DNA of 64,000 bases, from positions 59,830,001 to 59,894,000 of the forward strand of contig OX597833.1 in NCBI GenBank assembly GCA_951406725.2. The letters are read 5' to 3'. Positions 37,578 through 52,292 of this stretch are shown here, piece after piece. The position numbers and the translations under genes were made by a program. The stretch's first letter is position 1. Each line of letters opens with the position of its first letter. This DNA is from Octopus vulgaris (taxonomy: Eukaryota). The notes under the pieces are model-generated. The model saw only the letters and a list, made by a program, of their open reading frames with translations. It searched no databases and was not told where the DNA came from.

Positions 37578-37672
37578 AGGCGAAGGTAAAGAATATGTAC
37601 ACCACGTAACAAGAACCCTAGCCCTTAACCTAAACCCTAAACACAGGGTGAACGTATTCTATACTTTCGCCT
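37578..37672. mobile_element. 95 bp MITE-like element enclosing telomere-like repeats
   Basis: 26 bp imperfect TIRs (22/26), acttaa duplicated on both flanks, core with cccta/ccttaa/cctaaa/ccctaa. Confidence 0.65.
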
Positions 37673-37759
37673 ACTTAAATACACAGGTCCTGAAGTATCT
37701 ACGTAACCCTAAAATTAACCCTAACGAGTGTGCACTGTAAAAACATATCGTTACATATG

Positions 37760-37988
37760 CTTCTTTATTACCCACAAGGGGCTAAACACAGAGGGGACAA
37801 ACAAGGACAGACATATGTATTAAGTCGATTACATCGACCCCAGTGCGTAACTGGTACTTAATTTATCGACCCCGAAAGGATGAAAGGCAAAGTCGACCTC
37901 GGCGGAATTTAAACTCAGAACATAACGGCTGACGAAATACGTCTACGCATTTTGCCCGGCGTGCTAACGGTTCTGCCAGCTCGCCTCG
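37760..37988 (-). mobile_element. SINE family B, young copy
   Basis: Reverse complement of 45659-45890. Confidence 0.88.
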
Positions 37989-38187
37989 TTACATAGATGC
38001 AACGGGACTTCTGTATTGAAGTAGTGCCGGCAGTTGCTCCAAGTATTAACTTGGACCGTGATGATCTAACTTGTGCCAGATAGTGACGACAGCGGTGATG
38101 TTTGATGATATTCGTGAGGGTATTGGCGATGGTAGTGGTGATCGCGTCGATAATGGGGTGGTAGTGGTGATGATGTTTACGAATATG

Positions 38188-38410
38188 TATTTCTTTATTG
38201 CCCACCAGGGGCTAAACACAGAGAGGACAAACAAAGACAGACAAACGGATTAACTCGATTATATCGACCCCAGTGCGTAACTGGTACTTATTTAATCGAC
38301 CCCGAAAGGATGAAAGGCAAAGTCGACCTCGGCGGAATTTGAACTCAGAACGTAACGGCAGACGAAATACGGCTACGCATTTCGCCCGGCGTGCAATCAG
38401 TTCTGCCAGC
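38188..38410 (-). mobile_element. SINE family B, young copy
   Basis: Near-identical to 37760-37988. Confidence 0.88.
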
Positions 38411-39040
38411 TGTTTATGAATATGGTAGTAACGGAGGTGGATTGTGGACACAGCTTATTGTGTCACCAAATCCATTTGAATAATATTACCACCATATTGC
38501 TTACCCAATGTGTCTACTTGTTAACAATTAATTGTTGATCCGTTAATTGCTAACTAACTTATTGACTGATTAATGCAGTAATTAACTGTTCAGTTTCGTA
38601 ATTAACTCAACGCAATTGACTGAAAACAAACCAGTAATATAATAAACATTCTAATGTACTCTTTTGTTAATGGTCGTAGGGAAATGTGTTGCGGAATTAA
38701 TATAGACCAAATAAATGGCACTATTTAGTTACAACCCCTTATATTCCATGTTCAAACCCTGCTGACTCCCACTTTGCCTGTTGTTCTTCTAGGGTTGATA
38801 AAATAAAAGATTGCAACACTTGTGACATGCTGGTTATTGTGTAACAGCGTAACATGGCCCCATTTTCATAGTTACACATGTGACCTAGAATGCAATTTAA
38901 TGTATAATGAAACATGGACTAATACATGTTGTACATTACCAATTTTTCTGGCAATTGATGATATGAGAGTCAAGATTGTGGTGTTCGCCAGGGTTGTCAC
39001 ATGGATTGTAGCATGACATAAGAGAGGTATAGTGCTAGAA

Positions 39041-39259
39041 CAGTGGTTTTCAACCAGGGTTCTTCAGAACCTTGGGGTTCCGCCAGTACAGTCCAGGGGT
39101 TCCGCAAGAAGTTACAAAACTGCTAAAATCGGCAGTAATTTTTAATTCTCCTGTGCAGATATGTGTGCATAAGACAATTAAATTATTGCACAGGGGTTCC
39201 TCGAGCCAGTGGAATGTTTCCTTGGGGTTCCGCTCCAGCAAAAAGTTTGAAAAACACTG
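39041..39259. mobile_element. hAT-type MITE, 8 bp TSD
   Basis: cagtggttttcaa / ttgaaaaacactg termini; tgctagaa duplicated. Confidence 0.9.
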
Positions 39260-39439
39260 TGCTAGAAGTAGTATCACAACTGAACATCACAACCGTGTTG
39301 CCTCACACAGAAAATGCAGGAGCTACTCAGAGGTATTGCAAGCTCTTCTGAAGGTGACTAAAGCATTGGGAACCCTTCTGTGTTTTCAACAGGTGTCTCG
39401 GGGTCAAATGCATTTCAAATGTTAGCTTGCATGCTTTAC

Positions 39440-39649
39440 CTGAGTGAAACAGCAAGGACTGAATCAGTCTTCACCTGCAGAGGGGGTCCATTTGCAGTCC
39501 CTTGGCAACCACAACCACCTTGAACTGATCTTAGCTGCTCTTTAGCCATGGCAGCTTTCTTTGATTCTTTGGGTTCTAAACCAGGAAGGGGCAACTTATA
39601 AGAAGTAGGCTGCATAAGACAATGGCTTATCATCAGGTGAGCCATTCTA
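39440..39649 (-). CDS. Candidate isolated 210 nt exon, product unknown
   Basis: CTAAT branch-like site, tttttAG acceptor, CAG|gtaaag donor, one frame open throughout, phase 2-2. Confidence 0.3.
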
Positions 39650-39799
39650 CTAAAAATATTAAAGTAATTTTTCATTAGCCATGCTACTGAGAAAGTCCTG
39701 CATGGGGCCTGTGAACTGCAGTTTGCCCATGACTGCTCTAAATCAATCTTCTGGAGGAAATAGTGCACCCATCATCATCATCATCATCATCTTTGTTAT

Positions 39800-40148
39800 T
39801 ATTACCTCAACCTTAGCGAAGGCAGGGGTATTATTTTCAGTTGTGTTTGTTTGTCCGTGGACAAGATATCTCGAGAACTGCTGGATGGATTTGGATGAAA
39901 CTTTCAAGGATTTTTGGCCGCCTGACTGGCACAATTTTGGGATCGATCTGCTACCAACAAGGATTCTGGATTATATTTCTTGTTTTTTTACTTAATTTTT
40001 GAGAGCGGTTGGGTTCATTTTCAGTATTCTCGTTTGTGAGAGCAGTCGAGTTTATTTCAGATTTTCTCATTTTAAAAGTTTATCTCTGGCTAATCATTGA
40101 GAGTATGTTGGTGATGCCTTGGTGAAGGTTTGCGCTCTCTGAGTGCTC

Positions 40149-40150
<2 letters not shown>
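39800..40150 (+). mobile_element. Helentron/DINE-like non-autonomous element
   Basis: ttacctc start, gtttgtttgtccgt microsatellite, subterminal ccttggtgaaggt and 3' hairpin gcgctctctgagtgc. Confidence 0.6.
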
Positions 40151-40184
<34 letters not shown>

Positions 40185-40186
<2 letters not shown>

Positions 40187-40560
40187 TAGTGTCTGTTTCC
40201 CTTGCTGGATTAGACGGTTTGACTAGGACTGGTAAACTGGAGAGCTGTACCAGGTTCCAGCCTGATTTGGTTTGGTTTCTGTAGCTGAATGCCCTTGTTA
40301 AGTCCAACCACCCTAAGACTGTAATGGATGCCTTTTACATGTCACCAACACTGGCCACCCCTACAATTTCACTTGGCTTGACATATCTTCTCAAGCACAG
40401 CAAATCGCCAAAGGTCACACTTATTTGTCATCACCTCTATGACACTCAGCATCTGAAGATCATGCTTCACCACCTTGTCCCAATGTCTTACTGGGTCTAC
40501 CTCTTCCACAGGTTCCCTCTGCAGTTAATGACTGGTACTTCTTTACGCAGCTGTCCTTGC
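40185..40560 (-). mobile_element. RTE LINE 3' end (ORF remnant plus 3' UTR)
   Basis: KDSCVKKYQSLTAEGTCGRGRPSKT (GRGRP..TW-like motif) contiguous with the RTE-tail sequence. Confidence 0.75.
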
Positions 40561-40694
40561 TGGAAAACTTGCTGTGGCAGCAGACCTCAGTAGGGAATGA
40601 GGCTGTATGCCACCTTTTGAAAAGAGTCTTGTTAACCAAGTACAGATATTTTGGCTTGTACACTGCAGACTAGCAATAGTGAACTTGTATACAT

Positions 40695-41076
40695 AGATGC
40701 AGGCATGGCTGTGTGGTAAGCAGCTTACTTCCCAACCACATGGTTCTGGGTTCAGTCCCACTGCGTGGCACCTTGGGCAAGTATCTTCTGCTATAGCCTC
40801 AGGCCAACCAAAGCCTTGTGAGTGGATTTGGTAGATGGAAACTGAAAGAAGGCCGTCGTATATATATATATATATATACATGTGTGTGTGTGTGTGTCTC
40901 TGTTTGTCCCCCCACCATTGTTTGACAACCAATGTTGGTGTGTTTACGTCCCTGTAACTTATCGGTTTGGCAAAAAGAGAAGGAGAGAATAAGTCCTGGC
41001 ATCGATTTGTTCGACTAAACCGGTGCTCCAGCATGGCCGCGGTCAGATGACCGAAACAAGTAAAAGAATAAAAGAG
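40695..41076 (+). mobile_element. SINE family A
   Basis: Full head and tail. Confidence 0.85.
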
Positions 41077-41974
41077 TAATATATGAATAGACATCTTCTC
41101 CTACACTCACTTCCACATGACCACCACAACATGGCAGAAATGAGTAGTTATTGGCTGTAAGTGCTTGACTATAGACAAATATAGTTGTCATGACAATAAG
41201 AAAATAGTGAAGTAATTACTAGATATACAACTAGACTACCATAATTAGTCATTAATGATTGGTAAAGTAGAACAGTTCTAGTAGCCACTCCTGTTGAATA
41301 TGGACTTCTAACTACTTGCTTCACTTAACTCCACCACCAAAACCACTAACACCAATAATGTAGAAAAAGTGAATAAGCTTCTATAGGGATGCTCAAGCTG
41401 TTAGAAATAGCAGCCAAATTCCCTTCTGATGGAAGGAGTTCCAGCTATGTCCGTCCATCTCATCTATTTGTATATTGCGACTATCTTATCCAATATATCT
41501 CTCCTTTTTGTTTTATGATGGTAGGGAGATTGGCTGCTATTTCTTCATTGGGAGAATCTTCACCTTCCTCATTTGTCGTTCAGTCTCTTCCTGCCATCAT
41601 CATCGTCATAATCTGTAGAGGGAAGAACAAGTTACCCATTTAGTTATTTCCCTTTATGTTTTGAGTTCCAACCCATTGAAGTCAAATTTATCGTTCCCAC
41701 TTCCTGGATCAATAAAAAACATACCAGTTATATATTGTAGGAAGTCAACATAATGGTGTGTTGCCTTCTGCTCTTGGTAAAAATAATTATTATTACATTG
41801 TCAGACCGCTAATTACTTGAGAGTATTCATTGATTGTAGGTAATTAGGTTGTCTTACTCCTAGTGTTTAACCAGCTTTGTGGATAGTCTGTTTTTGATGT
41901 TGATGGGTTTGGGGTTTTGGCCCTAAGTGGTTTTTTACTCCATCTGACAACAAATAAAAAAAGTAACCCTTTTG

Positions 41975-42210
41975 AGTCTTACTGACTCATAAAAGATGTT
42001 TTCCTGGTTTCCATGGCATATAAATTCTCCACTGGGACAGGCCATTGGTCTGTTGCAGAATTACTCATTTTTGCCAGCTGAGTGGACTGGGGCAACATGA
42101 AATGAAATGTTTTTGTTCAAAGACACAATGCATTGCTCAGTCCAGGAATCGAAACCACAATCTTATGATCTGGAGTCCTACATCCTAACCACTAAGCCAC
42201 ATGCCTCCAC
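41975..42210 (-). mobile_element. CORE-type tRNA SINE, family C variant tail
   Basis: cagctgagtggactggggcaac...ggaatcgaaacc...taaccactaagccac. Confidence 0.7.
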
Positions 42211-42327
42211 CTTACTATAAATAGGCTTCCAAGGGCTCTGTTTCCTGCTATGATAAGTCCCGGTGATAGAATCAGAGTTGGGCTAACATTTGAAATCAGA
42301 ATACACGGTCAGAACAAACGCTCCAGG

Positions 42328-43146
42328 CAGGGCCGGATTAAGACCCATAGAGGCCCTAAGCACTTAAAAGGTTTTGGTGCCCTCAGGCATATGTAAATGG
42401 TTCAAAATGTAAACAAAAATACTTCAAAATGTAAAAAATTGATAAACCATAAAATAAATTTTATTTTTCAAAATGAATCAAAATTCACAGTAAGATGGAA
42501 AATAATGTTTACTTTTGTATGCTTCCATTTTATTTATATTTGAAAAGTTTTCTCCTTTTTTTTTTTAATTGCAAAGTGTTTATGATATCATTAAAATTAA
42601 TTCTATGTAGAACTTCTGGTTCTATACTTAATAAAGATAAGGCATTACTCTTTTACTTGTTTCAGTCATTTGACTGCAGCCATGCTGGAGCACCGCCTTT
42701 AGTCGAGCAACTTGACCCCGGGACTTATTCTTTGTAAGCCCAGTACTTATTTTATCGGTCTCTTTTGCCGAACCGCTAAGTGACGGGGACGTAAACACAC
42801 CAGCATTGGTTGTCAAGCAATGCTAAGGGGACAAACACAGACACACATACATACATATATATATATACATATATACGATAGGCTTCTTTCAGTTTCCGTC
42901 TACCAAATCCACTCACAAGGCATTGGTCGGCCCGGGGCTATAGCAGAAGACACTTGCCCAAGATGCCACGCAGTGGGACTGAACCCGGAATCATGTGGCT
43001 GGTTAGCAAGCTACTTACCACACAGCCACTCCTGAAGTTTAAAGTGATTTCTTTTGTGCTGTAAACCATTTTCATTTCTGTGGTGCCCCTGTCCCTTGAT
43101 GCCCTAAGCACGTGCTTATTTTGCTTAATGGGTTAATCCAGCGCTG
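42328..43146. mobile_element. hAT-like MITE with a nested family A SINE (42647-43034, minus)
   Basis: cagggccggattaa / ttaatccagcgctg termini; flanks gctccagg / actccaga match 6/8. Confidence 0.7.
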
Positions 43147-43449
43147 ACTCCAGAGTATCAGGCTTGAGGACCCTTCACTGCTCAGTGAATCCCTTGCCCG
43201 CAGATTTATTTATTGGCCTTGAAAGAAGGAAAGGCAAAGTCGACCTTGGTAGAACTTGAACTTGGAGTTCAGAGAGTCAGAACAAATACAGCAACACATT
43301 GTCTCCTCTAATGACTCGGTTCATTTGACATTTGGAGTATCGAATTCTCGAGGAGAGTTATTTAGTTTTAGGTCCTTGTGATTCTGAGTTCAAATAACAG
43401 AAGAATTTATTGTGATTTTCACTCTCAGGAGGTCAGTAAAACAACCTAG

Positions 43450-43660
43450 AGTTCAGATAATCCACTGAAGTTAGCTCCTACACTGTAACGTACTGGGATT
43501 TAGATAATCTACTGTAGCTGACCATTACATTGTCATGTACTGGGGTTTAGATAATCTGCTATAGCTGGCTCCTACAATGTAATGTAGCTTAGATAATCTA
43601 CTGTGGCTGACCCCTACAATGTAATGAACAGGGATTTAGATAATCTATTATAGGTGCCCC
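43450..43660. repeat. Degenerate ~48 bp tandem repeat, 5 copies
   Basis: agataatc unit recurs five times. Confidence 0.75.
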
Positions 43661-44338
43661 TTATATTATTGTCAATGTAAGGACCAGATTTAATACTTTA
43701 TGCAGTTTAAATTTACTTCATATTTTGAGTTCAAATCCTGTTGAAGTCCCCCAGTGAGTGATAAACCATATACCAGTAATACGTTGTGTACCATTAATAT
43801 ATACATAATACTTTCATATATGTATATAGCATTCATATGTTAAAAATTACTTCCACAGAACTATGTGTATGTACACGTGTCTTTATATTATTGGTCTGTT
43901 ATTAGACCAGGATATGGACCCTTGCATGGAAAACCCAATCCTTCAAAACCTCCATGCTTCCTGAAATTTGCCAAAACTACACCTGATATCCCCCCGCCTC
44001 CATACGCATGCACACATGTATATCATGACTCATACACTGTTCACCTGCCTGACTTTTGTACATAATTCTCTGTACTGTACATGCACCTTTGATGAGTTGT
44101 AATGCACCTGAGTATTATATACAATAATTTCATTATTATGAGCAGTAAATGTAAAAACATCTACACAAACCTGAATGTAGGAAGGGGCTGATTTTATTGT
44201 TGGTTCTATCAGATAACTCATTGTTACATGTACATTCACACATGCATACATACATATATATTACGGAAATGTACTTGCATAGCAAGTGACCTGATCCGAG
44301 ATTATGTGCTGGAATGAAAATAATTGCAGCCACTACAC

Positions 44339-44356
44339 TATCTATCTATCTATTTG

Positions 44357-44439
<83 letters not shown>

Positions 44440-44538
44440 GTCTGTCTGTCTGTCTGTCTATATATCTATCTATCTATATATCTATCTATCTATCTATCTA
44501 TATATCTATCTATCTGTCTATCTATCTATCTATCTATA

Positions 44539-44593
<55 letters not shown>

Positions 44594-44625
44594 ATATCTA
44601 TCTATTTGTCTGTCTGTCTGTCTAT
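44339..44625. repeat. (TCTA)n/(TCTG)n microsatellite
   Basis: Direct reading. Confidence 0.95.
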
Positions 44626-44645
44626 AAATGATTAACAAAGATGTA

Positions 44646-44859
44646 CAGGTGTCAGTTCATTATGGTTGTTTCAAGTGATTCCTTTAATTGATTAACGAAA
44701 ACAATACATCACTTGAAAGAAACCATTCTCTTCAGATGACTGCATAAACTTCAAACATAAAGGATACAACTATTTCCTAAACATACTTGTTAAGGAAATC
44801 TGAAGAGAACGGTTCTTATAAAGGAATTGCTTGAAACAGCCATAATGAATTGACACCTG
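44646..44859. mobile_element. Tc1/mariner-type MITE
   Basis: TA|caggtgtcagttcattatgg...ccataatgaattgacacctg|TA, ~40 bp TIRs plus an internal inverted repeat. Confidence 0.85.
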
Positions 44860-45212
44860 TACATGTTTACTACTCATTTATATTTTATTTACCTGACCAG
44901 GAATCTGTACTTTGGAAATACTATAGAAAGTACCTTTATAAAAAGTACAGGTCTGAATTATGAAAAGCAGATATCTTTATTCAGCTGGGCTGCATTGTCT
45001 GCACACACGGCAGGAATATCAGGTACAAACACCCCTGCACAAAGCCTTGATGTTCACTATTCAATTAATATCGTTTGGGTGTGTGGATTATACTGAACTA
45101 GCAAGGTTCCTCAATCTAAGTACCTAATTCAACAGAGTTTTAATTATTTGCCATGATAGATCACTAGCCACTACACATTCTTTATTTTCTCTCCTTGTTT
45201 CTTCCTGTGTTC

Positions 45213-45248
45213 CTTTCTGTGGAAGAGCATAGGCTTGAAACGTCAAAG
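45213..45248 (+). ncRNA. Minimal hammerhead fold, A6U variant, in repeat P1 (45158-45337)
   Basis: cttt-CTGTGGA-a-gagc-atag-gctt-GAAAC-GTC-aaag. Confidence 0.6.
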
Positions 45249-45655
45249 ACTTCTTCACTTCCTGAGCGTTATACTAATACATCTGTTTGTTGTCTACACC
45301 ACCTGTCTTCGTCTTTTGTTTTTTTGTGAATTCTCCTTATATATATATACATACACACACATATACATAAATACACATGCATATATAAAATTAGAATTTG
45401 GGTGGAAGTGATAATTCGGTATTTTTTAAATATGAACAGGTCTTCTTCGCTTTCAGTAAATACCACAGCTGACACCCTCTATAATCAGCCCCGAGATTTG
45501 TCAAAACTAAAAATCTACCCCAGCTGAATTTGATCCCAGCAAAATAATTTAAACCACTACCCACTATATGTTCAATCGTGTTTGTTTAGTGTTGATTGTT
45601 GGAAGAAAGAGTACTCAATACCATGTTAGAGGTTAATGATATATTTTATTTTCGG

Positions 45656-46262
45656 ATGAAAGCGGCGAGCTGGCAGAATCGTTAGCACGCCGGGCGAAAT
45701 GCTTAGCGGTATTTCGTCTGCCGTTACGTTCTGAGTTCAAATTACGCCGAGGTCGACTTTGCCTTTCATCCTTTCGGGGTCGATTAAATAAGTGCCAGTT
45801 ACGCACTGGGGTCGATATAATCGACTTAATCCGTTTGTCTGTCCTTGTTTGTCCTCTCTGTGTTTAGCCCCTAGTGGGTAATAAAGAAATAGGTATTTCG
45901 TCAGCTGCTACGTTCTGAGTTCAAATCGCGCCGAGGTCGACTTTGCCTTTCATCCTTTTGGGGTCGATTAAATAAGTACCAGTTACGCACTGGGGTTGAT
46001 GTAATCGACTTAATCCGTTTGTCTGTCCTTGTTTGTCCCCTCTATGTTTAGCCCCTAGTGGGTAATAAAGAAATAGGTATTTCGTCAGCTGCTACGTTCT
46101 GAGTTCAAATCGCGCCGAGGTCGACTTTGCCTTTCATCCTTTTGGGGTCGATTAAATAAGTACCAGTTACGCACTGGGGTCGATATAATCGACTTAATCC
46201 GTTTGTCTGTCCTTGTTTGTCCTCTCTGTGTTTAGCCCCTTGTGGGTAGTAAAAGAAATAGG
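45656..46262 (+). mobile_element. SINE family B with triplicated body, single 16 bp TSD
   Basis: tatattttattttcgg at 45640-45655 and 46263-46278; units start at 45708, 45892 and 46076. Confidence 0.9.
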
Positions 46263-47256
46263 TATATTTTATTTTCGGTTGATTTCATCTCTTGCTGCTC
46301 TGACTTTCGTTGCAAGCGCATAAAGTTTCCAGGTAAGTTACGACTCCTATGAATCATAACTTGGCTGCAGACCCTGTGCACCCACCAGTGAAACTCATAA
46401 GTAACAAGAGACTGACAAAATGAGATAACACACACACACATAATGTATGTATGTATGTATATAAAATGGATATAATCGGTTGGATCATTTCGTTGCCCGA
46501 GAGGCAGTTTAGATCCTTTGTGTTCAGTGAAAGCTACTTATTGTGGTGGTGGCGGGGGGTGGCCTATATCATGTAACTGCTTCTCCTTCCCTTCTACTGT
46601 TGTCACTCACCGCCCTCCCTACAGAGCCCCTTTTTGTTGTTGTTGTTGTGCTCTGGGACGAGGTAGTGGTGGCGGGGGTCATGACGGTAACAAGGAAGAA
46701 AAGGTGGACTAAGCCTTTACACACGCATCTACACGCATGCACTGACACACAAATGCACACACACACACACACAGACACGCTGTGTGTGCGTATATATTTA
46801 TGTATGTATGTATGTATGTGTGCGCGTGCGTATCAACACGCACGTAGAAACTTCGTTTAACTGTTTCAATTGGTTTATCCCATGAACGACTTCGATCCAG
46901 TAACAGTTTGTGTTTGTGTCTGTTGCCATTCGATCGCCTCGTCTGCCAACTCCCAGGCTTTTACCTTCCCTGCCGCAGCTACAGCCACAACAACAACAAT
47001 AACAACACTAGTAGTAGTAGTAGTAGCAGTAGTAGTTGTGGTGCTGGTGGTAGTAGATACCCCGCTGTCGCTTTCAGTCGGGTACGTGACATATACACAC
47101 AAACATACCTACCTTGACTACCGTGTGTCTACTACTAATGGTGCTTAACGTGTCCGTCTGGTTAACTTGACCAACACTCGGGTCAATCCATTGTCCCAGG
47201 CTTATCACTAATGATCTGTTAAGAGAACAAGGCCCGGATCCCCCCTGGACGGCTCC

Positions 47257-47307
47257 ATGGCATGTCTCCATCTACGATTATGTCTACAGTTTAACATAAG
47301 AGGCATG
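47257..47307 (+). CDS. Candidate first coding exon end (MACLHLRLCLQFNIRGM, or only the terminal ATG)
   Basis: Consensus donor ATG|gtgagt at 47308, after ~450 bp of CpG-rich unique sequence. Confidence 0.4.
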
Positions 47308-47519
47308 GTGAGTGGGCAGGCAGCCCTTTCTTTGTTACCTTCATATTCTCAAACCACTTGGTTCCCTTCTCTATTTCTTCCATTGCTTTTCTCTCTCTCT
47401 CTCTTTGTTTTTGTCTCTCTCTCTCTCTATCTTCCTTTATTAAACACACTGTTGATTTTTGCTCTTCTATTTTGTATACGCAAAAAACTTTTTGTTGGCA
47501 TATATACACATTTACGTAT

Positions 47520-50557
<3,038 letters not shown>

Positions 50558-50629
50558 AGCGAAACATACTTTCTCTTATGAAATGACACTTCAGTATTGC
50601 TGTGTGTGTGTGTGTTTGTTCTTTTCTTT

Positions 50630-51099
50630 CATTCTTTGACTTGTTCCACTCATTTGACTGTGGCCATGCTGGAGCACCGCCTTCAAGGGTTTTAGTCGAA
50701 GAAATCGCTCCCGGGGTTTATTCTTTTCTAAGTCTAGTAATTTATTCTGTTGGTCCCTTTTGCTGAACCACTAAGTTACAGGGACCATAAACACACCAGC
50801 ATTGGTTGTCAAGTGATGGCAGGGGGACAAACACAGGCACACATACATACACACACACATACATACGTACATACATACATATGTACGTAAGTACATGAGT
50901 GTGTGTGTGTGTATATATATATACATATATATATATATACACATACACGGTGTCTCCATCTACCATATCAACTCACAAGGTTTTGGTCAGCCCAAGGCTA
51001 TAGTAGAAGACACTTGCCCAAGGTGCCATGCAGTGGGACTGAGCCTGGAACCATGTGGTTGGGAAGTAAGCTTCTTACTACATAGCCACGCCTGTGCCT
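50630..51099 (-). mobile_element. SINE family A
   Basis: Reverse complement of family A. Confidence 0.82.
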
Positions 51100-51105
51100 A
51101 GGTAT

Positions 51106-51144
<39 letters not shown>

Positions 51145-51147
51145 AAC

Positions 51148-51452
51148 ATAAGCAACAAGAATGAATCCGGTAATTTAGTACAATTGTTTCATACTACAAC
51201 ATTTTATTAAAAGCTGTAAATATTACACCAGATTTAAGATGCTGAGTACTCTTCAGCTAATTTATATAGGTTTTCCAATAATATAAAGATGTGATTAATT
51301 GATCTGAGAACTTTATATTATTGGAAAACCTATATAAAATTAGCTGAAGTTTACTCAGCATCTTAAATCTGCTGTAATATTTACAGCTTTTAATAAAATG
51401 TTGTAGTATGAAACAATTGTACCAAATTACCGGATTCATTCTTGTTGCTTAT
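51148..51452. repeat. Long inverted repeat (141/142 bp arms, 22 bp spacer), Penelope-like repeat P6
   Basis: 51148-51288 is the reverse complement of 51311-51452 with about 5 differences. Confidence 0.95.
51175..51260 (-). ncRNA. Type I hammerhead ribozyme fold with canonical core
   Basis: UUAG-CUGAAGA-GUACUCAGCAU...AUGUUGUAGUAU-GAAACAAUUGUA-CUAA. Confidence 0.75.
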
Positions 51453-51558
51453 TTTTTATTATAATCACCCCGCATATTTTTATGGGTAACACCATAAAAA
51501 ATTCTGGTTCATTTAAATTAAGTGCCATATTCATTTGAATCTAAATTGTTGCTGAACT

Positions 51559-51589
<31 letters not shown>

Positions 51590-52091
51590 CTGTTGTCAAG
51601 TAGTAGTGGTTGACAAATTCAAGAATAATGACACAATGACACACATATATACCTGGCTTCCTTCAGTTTCTGCCTACCAAACCCAGTCAGAGATTTGGTT
51701 ACCCCGGGGTCACAGTAGGAAACCCTTGCCAAAGTGTCATGCAGTGGGCCTTCATCATCCTCATCATTGTGTGGTGCCCCAGCTTGGCCACTGCTTTCGG
51801 GCTAAAACATTTTAAAGGATTTTAAGGATTGTTGAACATCCATTTTTCCATGCTGGCATGGGTTCGACAGTTTGACAGGTGCTGGTGAGCTGTCCAGATT
51901 CCAGTTGTCTGTTGGGGGAATAGTTTCTATGGCTGGATGCCCTTCCTAACACCATCTACTTTATTGTGCCACTAGCATTAGTGAGATCACCATGCAGCTC
52001 ACAAGATTACCAAACTAAAGGCAGAGACAGCTTTGTGCTCCAAGATTAGAGGGTTAAAGTATAATTTGTAACCAACTATATATATATAATC

Positions 52092-52292
52092 CAGTGCTTT
52101 TCAAACTTTTTGCTGGAGCGGAACCCCAAGGGAACATTCCACTGGCTCGAGGAACCCCTGTGCAATAATTTAATAGTCTTATGCACACATATCTGCACAG
52201 GAGAATTAAAAATTACTGCCGATTTTAGCAGTTTTGTAACTTCTTGCGGAACCCCTGGACTGTACTGGCGGAACCCTGGTTGAAAACCACTG
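52092..52292. mobile_element. hAT-type MITE, 8 bp TSD (same family as 39041, inverted)
   Basis: atataatc duplicated at 52084-52091 and 52293-52300. Confidence 0.9.

Noticed and set aside
46325-46340. Consensus donor CAG|gtaagt
   Set aside because: Only ~55 bp from a SINE, with no supportable acceptor or start site upstream
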